DNA from: Octopus vulgaris
Lineage: Eukaryota
NCBI GenBank assembly: GCA_951406725.2
Contig: OX597822.1
Coordinates: 48,856,001 to 48,920,000 of the forward strand
Direction of reading: 5' to 3'
Length of the DNA: 64,000 nt
Shown here: one piece after another, positions 53,700 through 64,000 of the stretch
Layout: every line of letters begins with the position of its first letter
Position numbering within the stretch: the first letter of the stretch is position 1
Program-made: the position numbers and the translations under genes
Notes under the pieces: model-generated
Databases searched by the model: none
The model's input: only the letters and a program-made list of their open reading frames with translations
What the model was told of the DNA's origin: nothing

Positions 53700-54352
53700 A
53701 TGAAATGATGGAGAGCCAACCAGTTCCAGCAGGCAGTTTTGCTGCAGCAACGAGAACTGGTTTGACTGCTGATATATTACAAATGAGAGAAGTAAATATA
53801 GATGAATAGAAGTATAACAACCTTATCGAAAAGGAAGTTACCAACCTGAGGTTGACCCTGCTGAAAGATGTGACGGAAAATGCAGCAAAACGGACAGTAG
53901 TGTATAGAACATTGTCCACGGCATCAAAAATGATAGAAATAGCTACAGTGGAAGCAGCTGAAGAATGTCTGAAGGACATAAAAGGCCTCACGACATTCTA
54001 TAAAAGAGGCAGAAAGTATGGCACAGTGGAGGTGCGGTTCGTGAGCGAACAAGACTCAATAAAACACTCCACTGTGTCATTGAGGTCAGCAGAATGGGTG
54101 CTACTGCCAACCTACTGTGGCAAACGTGCAGCCAGTGTTAGGATTGGCAGAGTGCCCCTGGAGATTGATGAGGCATGGCTGGTGGCAGCCATCCTCTACA
54201 ACACGAAGGAAGAAACAAGTGCTGAAAGCATCAAGAATGAATGAGGTAAACTGAAGGGATATGGCCTCGAGGTGACTGTCCAAATCAATTTACAAGATTT
54301 GCGCAAAATTGCAGAGGAGGTCGTGTTGCCCAAGGAAGTGAAACTAAGAGCG
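53700..54352 (+). mobile_element. Tx1-like ORF1 fragment (a)
   Basis: VYRTLSTASKMIEIATVEAAEECLKDIKGLTTFYKRGRKYGTVEVRF...VLLPTYCGKRAASVRIGRVP; paralogous to 54361-54750. Confidence 0.7.
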
Positions 54353-55792
54353 AACTACAGTTGGAAGAGATAGTCATCGAGAAGGAGAGTTTGAGGAAGA
54401 TGAGGGTCACACCACCTGAAGACGAAGTGAAGGAAGTGGAGAAGAAAATAATAACATACAGAACGTGGAGTGTGGTTTCGAAGAGAATAGAAGTAGCAGA
54501 AGTGGAAGAAATCGAGAAGTGTCTACAGGAAATTAAAGGGAAAACTACCTTCTACAATAGAGGTAGAAAATTTACGACAGTAGACGTTCGTTTTGAAAAC
54601 GAAGACGAAGCCAAGAGAAACACCACGATAGTATTGAAATCCGAAAATGGATCCTGCTTCCAAGCTATTGTGGAAAAAGAGCAGTGAGAATACAGATTAG
54701 TAAAATCCCACCGGAGCTTGACACGGAAAGGATAGTAGTGGCAATAATATTCAACTGCAAAGAGAGCGTCGACATACTGAAGGTAGAAAAGTCGAAATTG
54801 TTGGGGTTATGCGGTGCAGGCTTTGGTTCACATAACCATGCCAGACCTGTATAAAATCCCAGAGGAATTAGTGTTCCCCGACGAGACATGACTGAGAGTC
54901 GTGGTGGAGGGGAGACCACCAGTGTGTTACAAATGTAAAAGTAGAGGGCATATGAAGGATGTGTGCCCCCTAAGAGAAGTACAAGAGAAGACGATAACAC
55001 TGGAGGCTTTGACAGAGGAGTTACAAAAGGAGAATATGGAATTGCAAGCGGAAGAGGAAATCGTGACAACAGACAATGTGGAAAGTGGTGACGAGTTGGT
55101 GAAGGAGAAAGAAAAGGAAAGAACGGAAGAAAGAAAGCGAACACGGGTGGAATCACCACCCAAAGACCGAAAAAAGAAAAAGGCTAAAAAGAAGTCTGCT
55201 GACGAGATAGAGGAGCGAATGCATGAAGAGAGAGATACAGCAACGAAAGTGAGTGAAGTTTCAACGTGGGATGAAGAGAAAGAATGGGAAAGAAAACTGG
55301 AAGAACAACTGAAAATATGTAAGGAAGGACGAAGGCCAAAAGGAAGAAATCTCAAAGCGATAATGTTGTACAAAAAGGATAATGAAATTGAGAAGAAATT
55401 AGTGAATATGAAAAATCTAACTAGAGTAAAACTGAACCCGAAGATATTCGATGACCAAATAAAGGCAGCAATTGTAGAAAGAGAGACAGTAATGAAATTA
55501 AGAAATTCAAATATAGCTGTAGGCGTAATGCAATACATTCGATATGACAGTTTGCCAGGTGTTATAGAACAGGGGGGAGTTAATCGCTTACATTACGGAT
55601 GAACGCCCCGGATAGCACAATTGTAATTGTAAATGAAACTGCGAGCTTTGGGGGGCTCGTAAGTCATTCCATTTAATTCATTATAAATATTTCATTTCAT
55701 ACCATCGTTTCTGTAATTTTGTTACATGTACCCCATGCTGTGTATTGTATTGTCCCCTCTTCATTCGGGCCATTGTGCCTATAATAAAGATT
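54353..55792 (+). mobile_element. Tx1-like ORF1 (b) with CCHC knuckle, followed directly by a 3' UTR
   Basis: Frameshifted ORFs 54361-54687 and 54901-55602; CYKCKSRGHMKDVC (CX2CX4HX4C); stop at 55602; AATAAA at 55783. Confidence 0.75.
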
Positions 55793-55904
55793 CCAGAAAC
55801 ACAAAGAGGAAGTAGAACAGTACATATGTTTTATGTACCCCAATGTGTTGTGTTGTCTGTCCATGTATCACCTCTTCTGAGTGGTTACGAGAAATTTATT
55901 TCTC

Positions 55905-57600
55905 CTAGCTGAGGAGGAGGTGCAGGCATGGCAGTCCTTATCAGGAAGAATTTGGACTTTCAGGTAAGTACTGTCTTTCTGGACCCAAAAGGTAGGCTGG
56001 TTGTCCTGGATGTGACTCATATGAGTAAACAGTCCTTCAGGTTGGTAGCTGTCTATGCTCCTAAGGAGTGTAGGCAGTCTGGTCTTTACCAGGACCAGGA
56101 GCACTTTCTAGTGACGTCTAAAACGTTAGTTTTGGTAGGGGACTTCAACACTATCCTCGATGCATGGGTCGATAGTGTGGGCTCAACTCATAGGAAAGGG
56201 AATCCTTGCCTCAAGGGTCTACTAGAGAGCTATAATCTAGTAGACCGTTACTGACTGGATGAGCCGAGCGTTCCACAGTGGACGTGGAGTAACAATGACG
56301 GCTCACGCAGATCGTACCTAGATAGGGTATTTATTAAGGCAAGAGATAAGAATAGTGTTAGTTGTCCACAATTTTGTATTGTGCCTTACATGGATCACAA
56401 ACTTGTGACATGTGAGGTACACGTAGATAAATGTCATAGACAGGGACCCGGGTATTGGAAAATGAACAAGTCTATTTTGACTTTAGAGGGCATTATGTGA
56501 CACCATCATTAACAATAGATGGTGGCACACCCTCAAAAGAGCCATCCGTTTGGAGTCCATTAGATTAGCAAGCAGCTGAGTTTAGATAGGACTAGAATAG
56601 AGGATGATTTAGTTAAGAACTTAGACGAGGCAATGGAATCGGCCCTGCATCTAGAGCGCTGGCAGCAAGAACGGTTTTGTACCATCACCTCAACGCCAAG
56701 CATGAAGGTTGCATAGTCAGAGCTAAGCTACGTGCAGGGAAACAAGAAAGTATTAATGTTGCCGGATGGGCACGTCGTACAGAGAGTCAGAGAGGTAAAA
56801 TGTCCTCTATAAAGTCTTTAACGGACGAACAAGGGCGCAAGATCTATGGACAGGAGGAGATGCAGAAAGTCTTTCACCAGCATTTCGCTCAGTTGTTCTG
56901 GGAGAGTGGTCCACTTGAGCGGGGGAAGACTTTAAAGGACTTCCTAGCAGGGGGACTGCGACTCTCGGCACGTGAAGTTGAATGCTGTGAAGGACTGATC
57001 ACTCCCATGGAGGTAAGAGAGGTGTTGGTCGAGTGTGCCAGAGAAAAGTCGCCAGGGCTAGACGGTCTGCCCTATGAGTTTTATCATTGTATGCCAGACT
57101 TGTTCGGGGAGATACTGGCAGGTGTCTATACAAACTGGCAACAGAATGGGAGGATTCCCAGTTTTGTGAGCCAGGGAGTTGTGATACTGATTGAGAAAGA
57201 TCTGAGCAAGGGGGGGGGGCAGTATCTGTAATTATAGGCCCATAACTCTACTTAATGTAGACAAAGATTTTGGCCAAGGTGTTAGCAAAAAGGTTGACGG
57301 CTGTCGTGGAGAAACTTATCGGGAAGGCACAGACATGTGCAATCCCAGGCAGGTCGATCCAGGATAATCTTCACCTTCTCCGCTACACCTTAGATAAGGT
57401 TGGGAAATTAGCCGGCAAAGGAGGGACATTGGTCTATTTAGACCACAGTAAAGCGTTCGATAGGATGGACCATCGGTACCTGGGGGCAGTCCTCGAAGCA
57501 GCTGGGTTGGGCCCTGGCTTTTGTGGGTGGATCTCCACTATGTACAGTGGCATCAAGAACAGATAAACGGCTACCTAATGGAGCTGTTTTCAATCTAGCG
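55905..57600 (+). mobile_element. Tx1/L1-like ORF2 fragment: APE endonuclease plus RT N-half
   Basis: GMAVLI, RLVAVYAP, LVGDFN, SYLDRVF, DHKLV, GPGYWKMN, KSPGLDGLPYEFY, NYRPITLLN, QTCAIPGRSIQDN, LDHSKAFDRMDH; stops and frameshifts; ends before YADD. Confidence 0.9.
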
Positions 57601-58387
57601 TTCTGTTCCAATTGATATTGTGAATCCAGCAAAAGATGAATGGCTTCAGTGTTTCAAACGTTCTACCAACAGCAGAGGGCGTCATTTTGAATAAATTTTG
57701 TGAACTATTTTTCTTCAGCCCACAAATGTTCAAAGTTTCATTTGAATGCCACCATTAATTATCCTGAAATTGAAGATTTTCATTTTTAACAATATTTATG
57801 GCTACACTATGTAGTAAAATCTGCTCGTATTAACAGACTTACATAGCAGCAGAAATGTTCAATGCACACTTTCTATCACTGATTTCACTGTAATCTGCCA
57901 AGACACTCTGCTGCTTTCCATTCCAGTCAGGTAAATGATTCTCCCTATTAACCCATTCATTTTAAAAATTAAAACAATTCACTCAGGTTTTTTCAGGATT
58001 TCACATTTACAATATTCAAAATTCATAGGTATGAAACTCTTCAGTAGGTCAGGGCAGTGAACTCCCACCTGTCAGCAGAAAAATATCATAGGAGTAGAAA
58101 TGTTGTGTAAGAGTACATTAAGGGAAACGTCTCCTCATTTCTCATTTATAGAACAAATTGATTGGTGAGGGAATACAATTAAGTATCAATTCACTGCAAA
58201 AGTGATACCTCAGATACTACACATTTCTCATTTAAAATGTTTGTAGGAAAAGAAATAATTGGTAGGGTAAACGAATCTCAAGTGAATTCATTGCAAAAAT
58301 GATACCTCAGATATTATTTCAGCACCATAGCATTATTTGCTAAAACTAACAGTTTACATGGCAAAAGAAATGTTCAATGCACACCTT

Positions 58388-59730
58388 AGCCGTCAGCTAA
58401 GACTAGATAAGGCCAGAATAGAAGGGCGACTAGTTAAGGACTTAGAAGAGGCATTGAGATTGGACTCGGCATCCCACATTTTGGCAGTGAGAATGGTCTT
58501 GTACCGTCACCTCAAAGCCAAACATGAGGGAATTAATGGTGGTGGAAGGGCCCATGAGGTAGAAACCCAGGGTGGCAATGATACCACAATTAGTTCTGTG
58601 ACCGACGATAATGAGAATTCAGGCAACGGATGGGATGAGATGTGTGAGGTGTTTTACAAGCACTTTGCTGAGTTGTTTGGGAGGAGCAGGAAGCTGGATC
58701 ACGGTGAGGCTATTAGGGACTTCCTGTCTGGGAGCCCACGTCTCTTGGCACAAGAGGCTAAGTGCTGTGAAGGGCCAATCACAGCCGAGGAGGTGATTAG
58801 GTGCTAGACGAATGCCCCAGGGAGAAGTCGCCAAGACTCAATGGTCTACCCAATGAATTCTATAAGAGTATGCCAGACTTGATCAGGCACCTGCTGGCCA
58901 GTGTTTATGCCAACTGGCAGCAGAATGGGGGAATTCCAAGGGGTGGTGGCGTTGATCAGAAAGGACCCAAGAAAGGGGGACAAAATTAATAACTTCCAGT
59001 CCATAACTATGCTAAACACAGAGTTAAAGATTTTGGCCAAGGTGTTAGCAAAAAGGTTGGCGCAGGTCATGGACAGACTTGTTGGGAGGGCACAAACTTG
59101 CACAATCCTGGACGGGTCAATCCACGACAACCTCTATTTCTATGCTACACCTTACAGAGGGTTGGGAAGCATTCTGGTACAGGAGGGGCGTTGGTACATT
59201 TAGACCAGTCTAAAGCATTTGATAGGGTCGACCATCAGTACTTGGTGGTGGTCCTTGAGAAAGCTGGCCTGGGCCCAATGTTCCATGGTTGGATTGCTGC
59301 TACCATGGATTTTTATAGTGGGTTAGTGGAGATTATGTCTAAAGACACCTTGGGGGAGACCCTGGGCTGCAATGAAAAGCACTTGATCAACCTGTTCAGG
59401 AGAGTTTTCAAGCTGGGGTATCTGGATAATTACCAGAAATCCCTGGCTTGGCAGTGCTTCCGTGCAGCGTTACCTATTAATGATAAACTGTCAAGGCACA
59501 GAAGTTCCGTCTCGCCGACATGTCTGGGGTGCAGATAGGACAGGGAAACCATCATGCACACACTTGTGGAGTGTCCCAAATTAACGGGACTGATAGCTTT
59601 TGCAGAACTGTTATCATTAATGGGAAGAGTACAGCTAGCATCGAGATTGTGCCGCCTCCTTCCCTTAAGTAGAGGAACGCTTGCTTTTTCTGTGTAGTAG
59701 CCATACTAAAAGAAACAGTGGCAAAAAGGA
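58388..59730 (+). mobile_element. Second Tx1-like ORF2 fragment with internal deletion (RT N-half joined to zf-RVT region)
   Basis: KSPRLNGLPNEFY, SITMLNTELKILAKVLAKRL, LDQSKAFDRVDH, then a jump at about 59303 to KSLAWQCFRAALP...TCLGC. Confidence 0.85.
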
Positions 59731-59764
59731 CCACGTTTGGGCAGATTGAGAGGAATGAAAAAAG

Positions 59765-60430
59765 ATGGCGCAGACACCAGGCCCTTCAAGTATAAAAAAT
59801 ATTCTCACTCCCACACAGACCAAGACTCCCACTCCTGAGGCTGCGGTGCCGGACTACAAACAATATAAAAACCCAACCCTGCACACACAAGCCCCTACTA
59901 AAACAAAATCACCCGCCCCCTTGAAACCTGAGGCACCTATTGGGAAAAAATGCAACTCCCCCAGACAATACCATGGAGGTACCAGAGGGGGAGTTTACTG
60001 TAGTACAGAAACAAACATTGGCACCATCCCCATCAAAAATACAAATGAAGTGCAAAATCGAAAAATGCCTGACCCCCATATGGAAAGACATAAAATACAT
60101 AGCAAGGGGCTGAAAATGAAGGAAGTAGTGCTTCTGCCAACCTATATGGGGAGGCGAACTGCCCACATAAAGGTGGAAGAGGTACCAACTGAAATTGAAG
60201 CTTGGAAAATAATGGCTGCCCTGCTGTACAATAGGACAGACAAAATAAAATTTGTACAGATTACATGCACTGCCCCACAAAATTGGCTCGGGTAGAGTAT
60301 TTCAGCAATCATCCAGGGGGCTCAGAAGACATCAAAATGCTTCCAGACAGACTGCTCAAGTGAAGATATCGTGTTAAGAATCCCCATGGAAGAAACTAAA
60401 ATGTTATGAATGTGGTAAAAAAAAAAAAAA
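59765..60430 (+). mobile_element. Tx1-like ORF1 fragment (c)
   Basis: VLLPTYMGRRTAHIKVEEVPTEIEAWKIMAALLYN matches ORF1 (a). Confidence 0.7.
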
Positions 60431-60519
60431 ATCCACATTCATGTAAACTGTGAGCAATGACTCAAGAAAGTGACACAGACACCAGTCCCTGCAGCTATTC
60501 AAAATGACCCCAACCCCCC

Positions 60520-61592
60520 ATGGGAGAGGCAGTTGATCAACCTGTTCAAAAGAGCTTTCAGGCCTGGGTGTCTGGACAATTACCAGAAGTCCCTGGCTTG
60601 GCAGTACTTCCGTGTGGCATTGACTGTTCATAAGCTGTCAAGGTACGGAGGTGCCGACTCACCACCATGTCCGAGGTGCGGGCAGGATAGGGAAACCATT
60701 TTGCATGCATTTGTGCTTCTCTCCAATTCAGCAATGCCAGTGGCGTGGGTTCTACCTAGTCCTTCTATACAGGGTTAGTAGAGTTCAAGTATGACATCGT
60801 GAGAGAAACCCTGGGCTTCGATGAAGGTCAACTTGCCAGCCTATACTGAAGAACATTTGAGCCAGGACCTATGGATAATTATCAGAAGTCCCTGACATAG
60901 CAATGTTATAGAGGCACTTTACCTGTTTGAGATAAGCTTTTTACACATGGGTCTGCACCTTTACTGGCTTGTCCAAAATGCAGGCAGGACAGTGAAACTG
61001 TTCTGCATGTGATTGTGCAATGCCCAAAGGTTTTGGAATTCTGGGCTTATGTCGAACACCTGCTGTCACATTCGAGAAGAGTATAACTGTTGACCGAATC
61101 TATAAAGATTGTTCTGCCGCCCTCCCTAAATAGGGAAGAGCAAGCTTGTTTTCTCTTGGTAGTTGTTGTTGCGAAGGAGGTAGTATGGAAGACGAGTGAA
61201 AGGTATTGTGACAGGCAGTTTTATCTCCAGCCTTGGGTTAGTTAATTTTTTGTTTTCCACATGAAAAGAAAAATGAGGCTGGAGAAGAAATGCCTGTCAC
61301 AAAGTGTGTTTCGTAAAAAATGGAAGTCTGTGGCAAGTATGTTGAGAGTGAAAGAACCTGTTTAAGTGAGAAGTAAAAAGGAAAAACAAAATCTACAGTG
61401 TGAGAATGTGGTTTGCAGGATCAACCACATCCTCCGCTTCATTTTGTTAATCATACATTCGTATTTTTTTTTTGTATTTCTAAAATTGTTCATTCATACT
61501 GTTAATCTCATTTGATCCCCAACCCCTTATTTGTTTGTCTAGCCTTGTATCATCCACTCTTCCTTTAACCTATATGGTGAATAAAGAAAATG
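60520..61592 (+). mobile_element. Two consecutive Tx1-like zf-RVT/3'-end fragments
   Basis: DNYQKSL at about 60575 and 60874; CPRC..ETILH and CPKC..ETVLH; 3' UTR ending gaataaagaaa at about 61580. Confidence 0.8.
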
Positions 61593-61704
61593 ACTACTTT
61601 TAGAATGACATTGTAGGGTAGTTGTGAGATGGTGGATCAGGCCAGTTTGAAAATAAAACGAGTAGTATATACTGGCCAGTTAAAATGCTTATAGGTTAAG
61701 AAAT

Positions 61705-62392
61705 TATTTACAAGACATTCAACCTAAAAACAAAACTATATGAAAACAGTAGAAAATGTTTAAGGCCCATGGGTCTTCAAAGACTACAACATGAGGGGAA
61801 ACAGATTTGCCACAATCGAAGTTAGATTCAACAGTAAAGAAAGAGCGAAGGACCTCTCCACAAAGTCCTTTGAATGTGAAAACATGATGATCCCTACATA
61901 CCTTAGTTGTAGGGTCACAAAAATAAAAAATGTGCTCCTTCAAATAGAAATAAAATGGCTTGTCTGCTATTTATGATATTGAGGAGGAAATCCCTATCTT
62001 GGAAATCACTGTCCTGGACCAGCAAAATTGGATTGGCCAAGGAGTTGAAATCATTGCTCAAACTGATCCAATCAACTTCGATAAAATTCCACATCAAATC
62101 AAACTGACAGACGATTTGAATTTGCACTCATGTGTTTTCCCCTCCCTGCCTGAGGTTATCATGGTCGTTTCCATAGGCTTTTCTTTCCACAGATAAACCT
62201 AGTCTATTTTTTACATTTATGATATTTTCTGTGATACATGATCCCTTTTGATTTTCTTTTTTTTTTTTTTTACACAATCCTTTTTGATTGGAAATTTATT
62301 TTCTTTTTTGTCTATTTTCAAAAAGAAAAGCTCTACATTGTATTTTGACCCTTCTGTGTTCGGCCCTGAGTGGCTAATAAAGAAACTTATTT
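61705..62392 (+). mobile_element. Tx1-like ORF1 fragment (d) plus LINE-type 3' UTR
   Basis: RGNRFATIEVRF...MIPTYLSCRVTKIKNV...IEIKWLV; tail ttcggccctgagtggctaataaagaaa at 62359-62385. Confidence 0.65.
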
Positions 62393-62959
62393 TATATTTC
62401 ATCTGAAAGGACAAAAAGTTAAGTCAGCTAAGGATTGCCAATAACACAGACATGAGATTGACAAAGATTCTACAATTCCTGCAGTTAGAAGTAACTCCAA
62501 GCAAAAAAATATATATATAATTGTTTCTACTATAGGTAGAGGGCCAGAAATTTTGGGGGAGGGACTGGTTGATTACATTGACCCCCAATGCTAAAGTGGT
62601 ATTTATTTTGACCCTGAAAGGATGAAAGGCAAAGTCGACATTGGTGGAATTTGAACTCAGAATGAAAAGATGGGTGAAATGCCAAGTATTTTGCCCAGCA
62701 TGCCATTATTATTATTATTCATATCATTATTAATAAAACCTTTCTACTGGAGGCACAAGGCCTCAAATTTTGGTGGGCGGGGACTAGTGTTTTCATTGGT
62801 ACTTAATTTATCAACCCAGAAAGGATGAAAGACAAAGTCAACCTCAGCGAAATTTGAACTCAGAATGTAGTGGCTGATGAAATACAGCTAAGCATTTCAC
62901 CCAGTGTGCTAACGATTCTGCCAGCTCACCGCCTTAAATCATTAATAATAACAATAATG

Positions 62960-64000
62960 CTTTTAAATTCACAACTAAGAGTTCACAAAAAACATTTGGG
63001 GCAGAACAGGACAACAAAATGTAGGATTACATAGAATAATATAAAAAGAAAAAAAAAATATATGTATAAATTTTAATAATGATTAATTCCCCCAAAATGG
63101 GAGACTTCTTACAGATACCATAACCACCAAGGCAAGCGCCCTCTCCACAACATCTTCTTTCAATTCACAGGCACATGCTTAGAGTAGGCCCATTCATGCC
63201 ACAACCATTCTTCAACAAAATAGTTGGGAGGGAACATTTCCCTCTGAACCTCACTTTTCTTTTCAAGTGAAACTTGAAAAAGTTGATGAGGACTTGACAA
63301 AGAGGAAATTATCATCTTCACCCTTTTCAATCTGGTCCACCATACAACCTCTTTTGCTAAGGCCACCAGACAAAGGGAACACTTCCTGCCCTTCTTGGCC
63401 AAAGGAAGGCAGTGTCTCCACAATGGACTCGACTGATAGTCGGATCTGTTCTACATGTGATAGCACGTTCAACATAAACACACAAGTCAGCAATACTAAA
63501 GCACTGGATGAGAGCATACACAACAGTTCTCTTGCTCTGCGCACATCTCAGGCAAGCCCAGCTGATGGCACTTCCATGCCTGTAGAGTTTATCCTGAACT
63601 GGCAATACCTGCAGTAGCACTACCAAGCCAAGAATTTCTAGAAATTTTCCATAGGCCCCAGCCTGAAAGTTCTCTGGAACAGACCAACCAGTTGATACTT
63701 GACACCTACAGTACCCTAGAGAACATCATCACACTTTCCCACCACCAAACATCTACAGAACTTTCACCAACCACATTGCCCAATTGACAGAGAATTGTTA
63801 GTGCTTGGCAACACTCCTGGCGCCAGGCACCCTACCTTTGCCTATGCTTGACCCACGACTGCAGCTCAAAGAAACAAGCTGCAGAAGAGTGAGTCCGATA
63901 AATGGCAACCACGCCTGCTCACCCTCAAGAAAGCGCTGGAGATGTCATAGGCTCAGCACACATCTGTGCAAGAGCAGCCACAGTCTTACCTAGTCATTTC
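62960..64000 (-). mobile_element. Tx1-like LINE 3' portion, opposite orientation, runs off the window
   Basis: Minus strand LPVQDKLYRHGSAISWACLRC...TVVYALIQC and ALAKEVVWWTRLK, matching 49640-50255. Confidence 0.8.

Noticed and set aside
54927-55538. 203-aa Ser/Phe-rich minus-strand ORF
   Set aside because: Antisense shadow of the Glu/Lys-rich ORF1.

Overview
AT-rich, repeat-dense eukaryotic DNA. The SINE/MITE repertoire suggests a coleoid cephalopod (Octopus-like); this is inference only. The one host gene I can support is the 3' half of a RECK orthologue on +: 11 phase-consistent GT-AG exons between 775 and 18528 (1448 nt, about 481 aa), encoding three Kazal-like motifs and a GPI-type tail. 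The rest is microsatellites, at least four SINE-like families, mariner/Tc1/piggyBac/Helitron/Helentron derivatives, RTE/CR1/R4 fragments, and a roughly 14 kb cluster of Tx1/L1-like LINE pieces (49.6-64 kb). Best second-look items: (1) a tRNA-headed element with a hammerhead-like core in Penelope-style inverted arrangement (47.0-47.4 kb); (2) an ORF1-only Tx1-like element whose 3' tail matches a SINE tail; (3) an array of palindromic repeats with variable spacers (22.9-23.3 kb); (4) long intronic hairpins and a stop-free in-frame intron in RECK. Family calls come from recalled motifs, not database searches, and repeat boundaries are approximate.
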